A stretch of 64,000 bases of DNA, taken from contig OZ001293.3 of assembly GCA_963921275.4 (NCBI GenBank), positions 5,248,001-5,312,000 on the forward strand, given 5' to 3'. The translations under genes were made by a program, and so were the position numbers. Source of the stretch: an uncultured Hormoscilla sp. GTDB taxonomy: Bacteria; Cyanobacteriota; Cyanobacteriia; Cyanobacteriales; Desertifilaceae. The stretch's first letter is position 1. Every line of letters begins with the position of its first letter. A model generated the notes under the pieces. That model was not told the DNA's origin. It searched no databases and was given only the letters and a program-made list of their open reading frames with translations. Of this stretch, positions 1 to 11,939 are shown piece after piece.

Positions 1-496
1 GCTCTATCAGCCAGATAACTCTGGTTATCATGGGGTTTAAATTCCCCTTCCCCAGGTACGGGGGTCGAGGGTACTACCGGTCGGAGGTGCTGCGGAGTCA
101 CATCACCGTGGTGTGGAGCGAGGACTTAAATGTAGGATAACTGGCAGCCTAAGCCGGTGACGCCGCTAGGAAAGATGTTAATGGTTAGAACAAGCGAACC
201 TATGTAAACCTCGTTAACCAGAACCAGCGGAAGAAGGCTTATGCGCTTGCCCAAAAAGGGAAATGGTAGTTAGTATTAGCTCTTGCCTCTGGCTAATAAC
301 GTACTCAAAGAACTCTCGGGGTATAGTAGGAACCTAAAAGCATCGCGAAATGATACCAGGGAACGGAGTAACCTCTCGTGAGCTGTCCCCATTTGGACAA
401 GTTAGATGTAAAGCGCAAGCCACGAAGAGGAAGGATGTCCTAAGAAGCTAACGCCCGGGGTAATGCTTGTGGATATGCAGACGTAGGACGGATATA
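1..496 (+). mobile_element. Partial group II intron (domain I region); 5' end lies before the window, 3' part truncated
   Basis: Nearly identical to 20783-21277 of the full intron at 20738-21663; identity stops after GCAGACGTAGGACGGATAT. Confidence 0.85.
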
Positions 497-512
497 AAAC
501 TCAACTCCGTGG

Positions 513-568
513 CTGTGTCCCTTAACATGCATGAGACGATAGTATCTCATGCATGTTAAGGGACACAG
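513..568. repeat. 24-bp perfect inverted repeat with 8-nt spacer, probably abutted IS4 ends
   Basis: CTGTGTCCCTTAACATGCATGAGA-cgatagta-TCTCATGCATGTTAAGGGACACAG, directly upstream of an IS4 transposase start. Confidence 0.6.
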
Positions 569-724
569 GTTGCTTGCCCTTGACTGTTGTCTTGCTGTTT
601 TGGCTTTCCGGACCGGCCGTGAAAGAGATATCTGCTCCTTGCTCTTGTCCCAGGGTCCATGGCTGCGCCAGCCATGGCTCGCCACCCATGGCTGCGATAC
701 GCGCTAAAGCGATTGTCAATTCTC

Positions 725-925
725 ATGAGCAAAAGCCGAAAGACAAATAGAGACCATGGTAAAAAGACCCAACGCCCAATGGTTGAAGATGAGGTGGTGG
801 CAGAGCAGCTCGAAGCCTTACTAACTCCCGCCATCATCTCTCAAGAAGCCTATTATCGCCAAATGGGTTTGAGAGATAGAATACTCAACTTACCATTAAT
901 GGTTGCAGCTGTACTTGCTAGGGAA
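725..925 (+). pseudogene. IS4-family transposase N-terminal fragment
   Basis: MSKSRKTNRDHGKKTQRPMVEDEVVAEQLEALLTPAI...ILNLPLMVAAVL resembles cyanobacterial IS4 N-termini; ends at an intron insertion. Confidence 0.7.
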
Positions 926-1780
<855 letters not shown>

Positions 1781-2076
1781 AGTTAACTTCACAATGCATA
1801 GAGAAAGTGAAAACACTTGGGTCATGCTGGAAAATAAAAGCAGTACTGTCCTCGATGCACGTCTAAGTCTACAATTAAAATTTGGCGAACAAGCCCTATT
1901 TTTTACATAACCTGGGGGGCGATCGCCAGATGTTTAAAAATGCAGAAACCAGAATCATAGCTAGGAAAAGCATGATGAGTACCGCTAGCAGTATTGCAGG
2001 CCAAACTGTGATGCAAGGCTAATTGAGCTGTGAGAATCGTCCCTGGGCCTTGACATCGACTGTACTTTCATAGTAA

Positions 2077-2932
2077 GGTTGCACAATTACGGGATGATTT
2101 AACCAGATACAGGTATGAAATCATAACGTAAATAGTATAAAAGTAACTTAATTGAAAGCTTTAACATTTATTCGGATTTTGAGTAACACAATGTTTTTCT
2201 TTTTAAGCGAGCGAGATAATGTCTTAATCGACAGTTTTCACCTTCAACACGAGTCATGTATGTTTTACTCACTATCTGGTCAATATCTTCAATAAACTTT
2301 GGATATACTGACCAACCATCCGTCACCTAAAAAAATGATGCCTTTTATGATTTCTCACAATGGCTGTTTCTGCCGAACAGTCTCCTAAAGTCCATGCTAT
2401 AATTCCAGGTTGAAAATAATTCACAACTGTCCATAACCACTTTTTATTCTTTTTTTACCCACATAAGTATGTAACTCGTCAATCTCTGAAACCAAGGCGT
2501 ATATCATAGTTTTCGGGGAGAAAAGGCAAAGGTTTAGCTACTTGTTTTATCCAATTTATAACAGTATTATGCTTGACATCTGTGATTCTTTCAATTCCTC
2601 GCCGTTCCCATTAAGGTACATTTTTCGACAATTTTCTTTCACCTCTTTCGGATAACCTCGTGGAGAATAATATTCAATAAACTGGCGACCACAATTTTTA
2701 CAAAGGAAATTTTGTTTACCGCGCCGATGACCATTTTTATTGATTTGTTCAGAACCACATTGTGGACATTTCATATTCAACTCCTTGAAATCATATATCA
2801 GCCTTAATATCCATTATACCACTGATTGGTACTACTGGGTAAAATTAGCTTATACTGATTATAAATTTATGATAAGCTATTGCAGATTATCATAATCTGC
2901 AATAGCTTATCATCCCGTGATTGTGCAACGCC
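2077..2932 (-). mobile_element. IS1-family element, degenerate (InsA zinc ribbon 2556-2780, frameshifted InsB)
   Basis: MKCPQCGSEQINKNGHRRGKQNFLCKNCGRQF; InsB-like remnants; TIR GGCGTTGCACAATCACGGGATGAT with a degenerate copy at 2077. Confidence 0.8.
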
Positions 2933-2959
2933 AGCTCGTACATATGCTGGGGCATGGAC

Positions 2960-4510
2960 TAGTAGTCCACACCGCAAATATATCTGATAATATAGCTAGC
3001 CGAGGCAATAACTTGCGTCAGGATTGGCTGAAACCCTTGCCGGGCCATAATTTCAGTGGTGCTCCCTACCGCAATAAGAGCACAAATGTTGGCTAGTGTG
3101 TTATAATCACAGCTAAGTTACAAAAACACAAAACGAAAGAACATGGCCCGACCGACGAAACCGCTCAACCTCATGCCAGAACACTCCCGAACTGCTCTCA
3201 GGGATTGCCCGCAGTCGTGAAACGCCGCACAGGTGGTGCGGACACAGATTGTCCTGAAAGCGGCCGCCGGCGATAATAACAAAACGATTAGCCAAGACGA
3301 CATGTGGGAAGATCCTGTCGGTCTTTGGCGGAAGAGGTGGATAGAGGGTGCCCATGAGGACCGAAAAATTCGCGGGTAAGTCTAAAGAATTGCGGGTAGA
3401 TGTTTCCCCTTTTGTGCGACTACGATGTTTCCCCTTTTGTGCGATTAGCGCTCCCGGGAAACATCGAGCTCTCGGGAAACATCGTAGCGGATTGGCAAGC
3501 TAAAGGCAGACAAACCGCGCCCTGGAAGCCCTGGCATATTCAGGGCCGAGCAAGTGTGCCAAATCATTGCTACCGCTTGTGAAAAGCCGCCGGAATACCT
3601 GAGTCATTGGACGCGAAAAGAGTTGGTACACTCAACAGGATTGGCGAGGTATAGCAGAGGAGATAACACCTTCCACCGTCGGTCGTTTTTTAACATCAGG
3701 CAGACCTTAAGCCGCACCGTAGCAAATATTGGCAAAATCTAGAAGTCGAAAACGAAGCAGCTTTTCGGCCAAGAGGTAAGACTTGTGTGCAAGCTCTATC
3801 ACCAAGCCTCCTCGTTACACGCTCAAGGTGTACATGTGGTCAGTACAGATGAAAAGACCGGGATTCAAGCTAGAGAGCGTATTTATCCAACTCGGACAAT
3901 GAAGCCGGGCAAACCTGAAGCCGTAGAATTTGAATATCAATGGCACGGCACTCAAGCATTGATAGCTAATGGAAGAAGAGGCAACGGGCACTCGTTATCA
4001 GTTCCTCAGTAGGACTTACCCGCACCGAAGAAGACTTTGCAGCGCATATCCACTGTGGAAACTGACCCCCAGGGTCAACGGATATTTATTTGCGACCAAT
4101 TGAATACCCACAAAAAAGAAAGTCTGGTTAATCTTGTGCCTGAGTTGAGCGGCATTGAAGAGGCATTAGGTTTGAAGAGGAAGTCGGGTATTCTCCAAAG
4201 CATGGCTTCCCGTGCAGATTTTTGGCAAAATCGCTAGCCTAGCATCCGCGCAAGTGTATACTCCTAAACATTGCTCATAGCTCAATCAGGTGGAAAGAAG
4301 GTTTGGGATTTTGACTCATCGCTTGCGAGAGACGCAGCAACCTCACGCCGATGTCTCCCCCTTTGTGCGAGTAGCGCTCCCAGGAGACATCGAAGGTTGA
4401 AGAACTCATGCATTCGTATTCTCGCATTCATTGATTTCTTTAATGATACCTTAGCTAAACTGTTTCGCTGGACTTATATCGGTAAGCCGTTGCTCATCTA
4501 AGTTATCGGG
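2960..4510 (+). mobile_element. IS630-family element, degenerate
   Basis: MARPTKP...CEKPPEYLSHWT, VVSTDEKTGIQA and DQLNTHK fragments across frames; similar to 24474-26070 and 27450-29251. Confidence 0.85.
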
Positions 4511-4519
4511 GCGTTGCAC

Positions 4520-5110
4520 TTCTTCATCAGTAGCTGGCGTAGTTTTAACAGTTGGAGTGCCATCCATTTCTGTAATTAGAAGCTCTACTCCATCTATGAT
4601 TTCTTCTACTGTTTTTTGAGATATTTTAACCCTAGGTTTTTGGGTAATTGCTTGTGCTGAACTAACTGCAACAGTTATACCATAATGTTCTTGTAGCTTT
4701 TCTGCTTCCAAATGATACATCTGTAATTGCTCGTTGTAATGCTAAAGAATAACCCCGACAGCCGATGATGAAAAAGGTCGAATCACCTTTCCCGTTTTTA
4801 CGTAAAAATTTGCTCTATCACTTGTTCCAAACACTCTAGGCCAATATAGTTGTTTTTCTCTATGCATCGACTGAGATTGTTCACAGGTCTTAGCTTTTTT
4901 TTCTCTTGAGTCTTGCCCCAATCTTCAAGAGCCTCTTTTCCCATCTTTGGGAACTAGATGATAAGTTTTGACCGCCACAAGTATCATCGATTATTTCAAC
5001 AATATCCAACATGAAAAACCCTAAATGGGGATGTTCTTGTAATCGCTCTAACCCTGCTGCTAATCAATTGTTTCTTTTCTTCAGGGTTCATCAATTCCGT
5101 CATTATCTGC
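4520..5110 (-). pseudogene. Transposase remnant (ISKra4/UPF0236-like)
   Basis: EKLQEHYGITVAVSSAQAITQK...ELLITEMDG in fragmented frames. Confidence 0.5.
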
Positions 5111-5879
5111 TCAAGGGCTAAAGGAAAAACAACTGTGCAATGAGGCTAGTCTAAGTAAAAGTACTTTTTGGTACCGCGACAGACTGAGTTGCTGAAAGCC
5201 TGATTCTTGCCTTGAATCTAAGTCTGGTCAAAGTAGCAACTCTGACTTTTCAAACAACCTCTAAATCCTAAGTGGTTACATAGGCCAGAGATGAAACCCT
5301 TACCCAGTCAGGGTTTTATCAAGGGTTGCACAAGTACGCTCCGGCTTGCGAGGGGAAATTATATAACATAATGGTAAACTAACGAGAGGACATTTTTTTA
5401 GTGACACCCATTTGAATGTGGATTTCTCCCTCACCAGATGGTCCCCATCACAGACGGTTGAATTCCGGTTTCACCCAATGACATGAAAACTGTCCGGACT
5501 ATTGTGGAAAAAAAATCCAGTTTTTATTATCCATTTGATTTGTCCCATTCACCAGGAGGTCATCACGGGATGAATTTATCTGTCACCGGTCTTTCCGTGG
5601 CGTCCTGCTGGTCCGAGACTGACTTGACTCCCTGATATTTCCCTCACTCTGTCAGGCACCGGTTGATAAGGCCAAACTGTCACTGACCATTACACCCCCT
5701 CCGGCGTGTCCCAGACAGTGCGATTACGATGTCTCCCCTTTTGTGCGACTAGCGCGAGGCGTCTCCTCTTTTGTGCGAATACGATGTCTCCGGAGTAGTG
5801 CTTCTAGCGCTCTCCGAAGACATCGAGATCCCGGGAGACGCCTCGCCCCGGGAGACATCGAGCGTCCGAGACACGCCGC

Positions 5880-5927
5880 GGGCAAGAGCGCAACATAATC
5901 AGGGTGGTAAACTAGGCGCAAGTTCAT
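5880..5927 (-). pseudogene. 5' remnant of a histone-deacetylase-family gene, followed by short-repeat debris
   Basis: MNLRLVYHPDYVALLP resembles the N-terminus of cyanobacterial HDAC-family proteins; the rest of the ORF (to 5724) is repeat-derived. Confidence 0.5.
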
Positions 5928-5966
5928 CAGGTATAATTGTCAGCAGAATCAGCAGAATTTCTGAAA

Positions 5967-6281
5967 ATGTTTGACTTTCTCAATCCCATCTTAGGTTGTC
6001 ATCCCGATCACATCAAAGCCAACGTAGAAATATACACTTGGGCTAGCTGTCCCTTCTGCATCCGAGCCAAATTATTGCTCTGGTGGAAGGGAGTCAAGTA
6101 CCTTGAATATAAGATAGATGGCGATGCCGAAGCCAGAGACCGGATGGCAGACCGTGCCAACGGTGGCCGGACGGTGCCGCAGATTTTCATTAATAATCAG
6201 CATGTTGGCGGGTGTAATGAACTCTATCAGTTAGACGGAAAAGGTCAACTAGATCCCCTGCTAGCTAAGCTAGCCAGCTAA
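5967..6281 (+). CDS. grxC: Glutaredoxin 3
   Basis: CPFC active site, TVPQIFIN and GG motifs; ATG at 5967. Confidence 0.92.
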   Translation: MFDFLNPILGCHPDHIKANVEIYTWASCPFCIRAKLLLWWKGVKYLEYKIDGDAEARDRMADRANGGRTVPQIFINNQHVGGCNELYQLDGKGQLDPLLAKLAS

Positions 6282-6292
6282 AATTAGTAGGT

Positions 6293-6841
6293 ATGTTAAT
6301 TGCAGATCCAACCTATCAGGGACATCGGCGATGGATGAATCGGGCCCTAGAACTGGCCCAGTCAGCAGGTGAAGCAGGAGAAGTGCCAGTAGGTGCGGTG
6401 ATTGTGGACAGCGAAGGGCAGGCGATCGCCTCAGCATCGAACCGCAAAGAGAGGGACTTCGATCCCACGGCCCACGCGGAAATCATCGCCATTCGGGCCG
6501 CAGGGCAAGCTTTACAAAACTGGCACCTGAACCACTGCACCCTATATGTCACCTTAGAACCCTGTCCCATGTGTGCCGGGGCCATAGTGCAAGCCCGCCT
6601 TGGTCTTCTAGTTTATGGAGTTGATGACCCCAAGACAGGTGCCATTCGTACCGTTGTCAATATTCCCGATAGCGCTTGTTCTAATCATAGATTGCAGGTA
6701 ATAGCGGGAGTAATGTCCTCCCAATGTCGCCAGCAACTGCAAACTTGGTTTGCCCAACGACGGGGCAGGAAAAAGTCGGTACTGGTACAAGATGCCGATC
6801 GTGACAGTACAAGAACTGTCATTCAGATAGAAGAAAAATAG
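6293..6841 (+). CDS. tadA: tRNA adenosine(34) deaminase
   Basis: GEVPVGA, HAEI and EPCPMC motifs. Confidence 0.93.
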   Translation: MLIADPTYQGHRRWMNRALELAQSAGEAGEVPVGAVIVDSEGQAIASASNRKERDFDPTAHAEIIAIRAAGQALQNWHLNHCTLYVTLEPCPMCAGAIVQARLGLLVYGVDDPKTGAIRTVVNIPDSACSNHRLQVIAGVMSSQCRQQLQTWFAQRRGRKKSVLVQDADRDSTRTVIQIEEK

Positions 6842-6916
6842 CAGTAGCAAATTTAGGCTAAACGGGTAGTAGTTGGGAACCCCGATCTGCTTGGGCTCGA
6901 CTTTTCTCAACCAGCC

Positions 6917-7594
6917 ATGAAAACATCTAAACCTGCGGTTACTTCTGATATTTCCCCTTGGTTAACAGTTTTAGTCTATCCTCTGGGGCGTCATGTTGTC
7001 TTGCCATTCTACTTTGGTTCCATTGAGGTGGTGGGACGAGAGCATCTACCTACCGAGGACTGTCCGATCGTCCTCGCCCCCACCCATCGTTCTCGCTGGG
7101 ATTCCCTGATCGTACCCTATGCCGCCGGATTTGATATCACTGGACGCCACTTGCGGTTTATGGTCTCCGCAAATGAAATGGAAGGGCTGCAAGGTTGGTT
7201 CATAAAACGCCTGGGGGGGTTCCCTGTCGATCCTGAACAGCCTGGCATTTCCAGCCTCCGTCATGGAGTAGACCTGCTCAAGGCTGGAGAAACTTTGGTG
7301 ATTTTTCCCCAGGGTAATATCTTTCGCGACAACCAGGTGCGATCGCTCAAACCAGGTTTAGCCCGCCTTGCCCTGCAAGCCGCATCCAGTCACACTAATC
7401 AGGACATTAAAATTGTTCCAATTAACATAGCTTACGCCCAGCCTATTCCTTACCGGGACTGCGAGGTCAAAATTAACATTGGTTCTCCCCTGTCCGTGGC
7501 TGCTTACCGCGCAGGAACAAGCAAACAACAAGCCAAAAAATTGACTGCAGATCTCGAAGCTGCCCTCCAAAGTCTTGCTGTTGTTAGTTGTTAG
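6917..7594 (+). CDS. plsC: 1-acyl-sn-glycerol-3-phosphate acyltransferase family protein
   Basis: HxxxxD (THRSRWD) and LVIFPQG motifs. Confidence 0.85.
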   Translation: MKTSKPAVTSDISPWLTVLVYPLGRHVVLPFYFGSIEVVGREHLPTEDCPIVLAPTHRSRWDSLIVPYAAGFDITGRHLRFMVSANEMEGLQGWFIKRLGGFPVDPEQPGISSLRHGVDLLKAGETLVIFPQGNIFRDNQVRSLKPGLARLALQAASSHTNQDIKIVPINIAYAQPIPYRDCEVKINIGSPLSVAAYRAGTSKQQAKKLTADLEAALQSLAVVSC

Positions 7595-7629
7595 TTGTTA
7601 GTTGTCAGTTGTTAGTTGTCAGTTGTTAG
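7581..7629 (+). repeat. Heptamer tandem repeat (STRR-like) TTGTYAG x7
   Basis: Seen directly; a reverse-sense related tract lies at 37037-37080. Confidence 0.85.
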
Positions 7630-8413
7630 TGGGTGTGGTCATGCATTAGTTAATAGGGTAGAGAATCAATGCTTCTGGACAGATGTTATAGTCATAATTT
7701 GACAAGACCAAACTGGTGCAAGACCGGACCCAACGCTAAGACCAATAAACCGGGTTTCTCTACAAAATTTGGCGCAACCCCCGCGATATCGGATTTGCGA
7801 AACCCGGTTTCTGGCCCCGACGCGAGGGCCCCCCGAATTACCAACTGATTTTGACCACACCCGTTGTTATAGTGAGCCTAAATTATTTGTGTAAAGATTC
7901 TGGGTAATCAGCGCCCAAACCCTTGCGGGGTAATAATTTCAGCAAACACCTATTGCACAACTCATTACTCCTTCGAGAAATTGATGGTATCGCCGAGGAG
8001 TGGGGAGTGGGGAGATAAGATCGGGGGAGGGTGCGATTCGTTCCCTTACCTTGGACTGGGCGAGCGGGTAGGGCCGGGCTAGTTTCCATTGCCTTAAGAG
8101 TTGCCTTGATAACTGTAGGAGACTGGCATTCTGCTTGCAGGAGACTTGTAATCGGATTAGAGAACAAGTAGATAACAAGTCTCCTACAAGTCGAGAACAA
8201 GTTATATTTAAAAATTAACGAGTTTTCAGAGGTTTTCGATATTTTTCTCTATACTGTAATATATTTTTCTCTATCTTGCGATCTGCTTTTTAAGTTAGGG
8301 GGTAACTCCGATAATTGTCAGCACCACATTTTATAATACAATGAATTACACATAACACAAAAATTAGGAATTATGCATATTACAATGTAATCTGATCTAG
8401 AGGCGATCTATGC

Positions 8414-8513
8414 TGGGCGCATCTCAGTTTTGCATTTAAGAAACCAGGTTTTTTGGAAAAATCTGGTTTCTGGGCTACCGATAAAGATCCCCGCCGCAAA
8501 GGTGAGATGTACC
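8414..8513. repeat. Small TIR repeat/MITE (GGYGCATCTCA...TGAGATGYACC)
   Basis: Close copy at 62122-62221; same TIR at 22177-22322. Confidence 0.65.
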
Positions 8514-8647
8514 CGCCAGGATCCCCTGGCCTTCGCAGCGGCTGGGAAGGTCGAGGGGTCAACTCATATACAGCACAAGTTAATCCCTCCGACCCCCCTT
8601 CGCAATGATAAATAGGGTTTTTGGGCTTAAGTCAGTGCCATTCCACT

Positions 8648-10651
8648 CTACGATCGCTGTCCGAGTAACTTCTCTCGCAGCTGCTTGAGGCGATCGCGAT
8701 ATTTGGCCGCTTTCTCAAACTCCAGATTCTTTGCAGCTTCCTTCATCTGTGCTTCCAACTGGGTAATCACTTCGGGAATTTGTTCTAAGGACAGATCGGA
8801 CACCGGTTCGGAAACTGCTTCTAACTCCCGCACATTCAAGCGCCGGGAAACATCCAGAAATGCTAATATCGCATTACTGGATTTCTTCACAATCGGTTGG
8901 GGAGTAATTCCTTGCATCTTATTATATGCCATCTGAATCCCTCGCCGCCGATCGGTCTCTTCTATGGCCCGCTTCATGCTATCGGTGAGAATATCTCCAT
9001 AGAGGATCGCTTGTCCTCTGACATGACGGGCCGCGCGACCGATTGTTTGGATCAGAGAACGTTCGGCGCGCAAAAATCCTTCTTTATCTGCATCCAAAAT
9101 TGCGACCAGGGAAACTTCTGGTAAATCTAACCCTTCCCGTAACAAGTTGACGCCAATTAGCACGTCAAAATTACCTGACCGCAAATCCTGCAAGATTTCA
9201 ATCCGTTCAATTGATTGAATCTCGGAATGCAGATAGCGCACCCGAATTCCTCTCTCTTCCAGATAGTCCGTTAAATCTTCCGCCATCCGCTTGGTGAGAG
9301 TTGTCACTAACACCCGTTCCGACTTTTCCACCCGGTCTTTAATCTCCCCTAGCAAGTCGTCAACTTGACCTGCTGTGGGACGTACAAATATTTCCGGGTC
9401 AGTCACCCCTGTGGGTCTAATTACTTGTTCGACCACGCCATCTTGGGAAATTTCCAGTTCCCAATCTCCTGGGGTCGCTGAGACAAATATACATTGATTC
9501 ACCTTTTCCCAGAATTCCTCTGCTTTCAGAGGACGGTTGTCAGCGGCGCTGGGAAGACGAAACCCATATTCTATCAATACCTGCTTCCGAGACCGATCGC
9601 CATTGTACATCCCCCGAATTTGCGGTACAGTAACGTGAGATTCATCCACGACTAATAACCAATCTTTGGGTAAATAATCAACCAAACATTCTGGGGGTTC
9701 CCCTGGGTTCCGTCCTGCTAAATGGCGGGAATAGTTCTCCACGCCGTTGCAAGTCCCCACCTCAGACAGCATGTCGATATCGTATTTTGTCCGCTGTTCT
9801 AGACGCTGGGCTTCTAATAATTTACCAGCATGTTCTAATTCTGTCAACCGCCGTTGTAATTCGGCTTTTATCGCCTCACAAGCAGCTTCCAGTCGGTCGG
9901 CGGGAGTGACGAAGTGACGCGCCGGGTAAATATTTACAGCCTCCAGATTCTGGATATTTTCACCGGTTACGGGGTCAACATAGAGAATAGCGTCTATTTC
10001 ATCCCCAAAGAATTCTACTCGAATGATGCGGTCTTCGTAAGCGGGTCCTATTTCCAGGACATCCCCTTTGACCCGGAATTTTCCCCGACCTATGTCTATA
10101 TCATTGCGGCTATATTGGATCGTAGCTAAATCTCGTAGCAGTTGACGTTGGTCTATTTCCGATCCTATCATGAGGGGAATGGAAGCTTTCAGATATTCTG
10201 CGGGAATTCCCAATCCGTAAATGCAACTGATGGAGGCGACGACTATGACATCCCGCCTTTCAAACAGCGATCGGGTGGCGGAATGGCGCAGCATGTCAAT
10301 CTCATCGTTAATGGACGCGGTTTTTTCGATGTAAGTATCGCTGACGGGAATGTAAGCTTCCGGTTGGTAATAGTCGTAGTAGCTGATGAAATATTCAACA
10401 GCATTATGGGGAAAAAATTCGCGCAACTCGTTACATAGCTGGGCGGCGAGGGTTTTGTTGTGGGCCAGAATTAATGTCGGTTTGCCGATTTTTTCAATAA
10501 CGCAGGCCACCGTGTAGGTTTTCCCCGTTCCCGTCGCCCCCAACAGGGTTTGGTAGCGGTTTCCCCCTTGGATGCTGGTGGCTAGTTGCGCGATCGCCTC
10601 TGGTTGGTCTCCCGTGGGTGCAAATGGTGCTTGGATCTGAAATGGTGTCAT
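8648..10651 (-). CDS. uvrB: Excinuclease ABC subunit B
   Basis: [12 protein letters not shown] and GRAARH motifs plus C-terminal UVR coil; likely start [10 protein letters not shown] at 10651, since the longer ORF runs into intron sequence. Confidence 0.97.
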   Translation of the reverse strand: MTPFQIQAPFAPTGDQPEAIAQLATSIQGGNRYQTLLGATGTGKTYTVACVIEKIGKPTLILAHNKTLAAQLCNELREFFPHNAVEYFISYYDYYQPEAYIPVSDTYIEKTASINDEIDMLRHSATRSLFERRDVIVVASISCIYGLGIPAEYLKASIPLMIGSEIDQRQLLRDLATIQYSRNDIDIGRGKFRVKGDVLEIGPAYEDRIIRVEFFGDEIDAILYVDPVTGENIQNLEAVNIYPARHFVTPADRLEAACEAIKAELQRRLTELEHAGKLLEAQRLEQRTKYDIDMLSEVGTCNGVENYSRHLAGRNPGEPPECLVDYLPKDWLLVVDESHVTVPQIRGMYNGDRSRKQVLIEYGFRLPSAADNRPLKAEEFWEKVNQCIFVSATPGDWELEISQDGVVEQVIRPTGVTDPEIFVRPTAGQVDDLLGEIKDRVEKSERVLVTTLTKRMAEDLTDYLEERGIRVRYLHSEIQSIERIEILQDLRSGNFDVLIGVNLLREGLDLPEVSLVAILDADKEGFLRAERSLIQTIGRAARHVRGQAILYGDILTDSMKRAIEETDRRRGIQMAYNKMQGITPQPIVKKSSNAILAFLDVSRRLNVRELEAVSEPVSDLSLEQIPEVITQLEAQMKEAAKNLEFEKAAKYRDRLKQLREKLLGQRS

Positions 10652-10927
10652 AACTGGTAGTTTAATGTGCGATTCGTTCCGGCGTAACTGGACACCAGGT
10701 TCAGGATAGCTGGGTGGGGCAACCCACAACTCAGACGTTATGAGGGTTAGATTCCCGTGCGATTCGTTCCGACGTAACTGAGTAATCAGGATAGTCGGGT
10801 GGGGTTTAAACCCACAACTCAGACGTTATGGGGGTCAAATTCCCCCCTCATGTACAGGGGTGACACCGGTCGGAGGTGCTGTGGAGCAACATCACCATTG
10901 GTGCTAAACGAGGACAAATGTAGGATA

Positions 10928-11939
10928 ACCTAAGTTGCGACCTATTAAAAAAAATATGAATTACCCACTTAGACTTTACAGATATTTGGGATATTTCGTA
11001 GCTTTTGATACAAAATTATATTTTTTTTGTGCTAGACGGCGGGTTGGCTGTTTATAGGTTATAATGTACTAAAATAATAGTTAATTGCTGGGGGATGTAG
11101 ATGATGGAAGATATGATTACAACAATTTTTGTTCTTTGTGACGAGCTACTAAAAGCGTTAAATATAAAAGAAGATCCACAAGTAAAAATGAACAATGCCG
11201 AAGTGATGACAGTCGGATTAGTTGCTGCATATTTTTTCGGAGGACACCACGATCGCTCTTGTCAATTTATGGTCCAACACAAGTATATAAAAAATCTGTT
11301 AAGTAAAAGTAGGTTCAATCGTCGATTACACAATATTGAGGAACCAATTTGGATGTTTTTCTTCCAAGTTATAGCTCAAACATTTAAAGAGCTCAATCCG
11401 GGTCAAGAATATATTCTTGATAGTTTCCCGGTGCCAGTATGTGATAATATTAGGATTGATAGATGCCAAATTTATAACAAGGAAGAATATCGAGGGTATA
11501 TTGCCAGTAAAAAACGTTATTTTTATGGATTAAGAGTTCATATGTTGGTAAACAAAAATGGAAAGCCAATAGAATTTTATCTAGATCCTGGTAGTTATAA
11601 TGATGTTAAAGTTTTGCAATCTTTTGGCTTTGACTTACCATCAAATTCAATAGTTTATGGAGATAAAGCTTATAATGATTATCAATTAGAGGATTTACTA
11701 AAAGAGTCGTCAAGTATAATGTTAAAACCTTTGCGAAAAAAGAACTCAAAAAGAAAAGAATATTCTTGTTTTGAATATATACAAAAAGTAACAAGAAAAC
11801 AAGTTGAAACCTGTTTTAGTCGAATCACAAATTTGTTTCCCAAGTCAATTCATGCTGTTACATCTAAGGGATTAGAGTTGAAAATAATTCTCTTTATCAT
11901 AGCTTTTTGTATCCAATTTTTATAGGTCGCAACTTGAGT
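10928..11939 (+). mobile_element. IS982-family element, copy 1 (1012 bp)
   Basis: TIRs ACCTAAGTTGCGACC / GGTCGCAACTTGAGT; 7-bp TSD TAGGATA at 10921-10927 and 11940-11946. Confidence 0.93.
11101..11925 (+). CDS. IS982-family DDE transposase
   Basis: ILDSFPVPVC, YFYGLRVH, YGDKAY and RKQVET motifs; intact 274 aa. Confidence 0.92.
   Translation: MMEDMITTIFVLCDELLKALNIKEDPQVKMNNAEVMTVGLVAAYFFGGHHDRSCQFMVQHKYIKNLLSKSRFNRRLHNIEEPIWMFFFQVIAQTFKELNPGQEYILDSFPVPVCDNIRIDRCQIYNKEEYRGYIASKKRYFYGLRVHMLVNKNGKPIEFYLDPGSYNDVKVLQSFGFDLPSNSIVYGDKAYNDYQLEDLLKESSSIMLKPLRKKNSKRKEYSCFEYIQKVTRKQVETCFSRITNLFPKSIHAVTSKGLELKIILFIIAFCIQFL

Noticed and set aside
2871..2911. 20-bp perfect palindrome
   Set aside because: Lies within the IS1 end; no independent function supported
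10652..10729. N-terminal extension of UvrB in the ORF track
   Set aside because: Mostly the antisense of the intron 5' end
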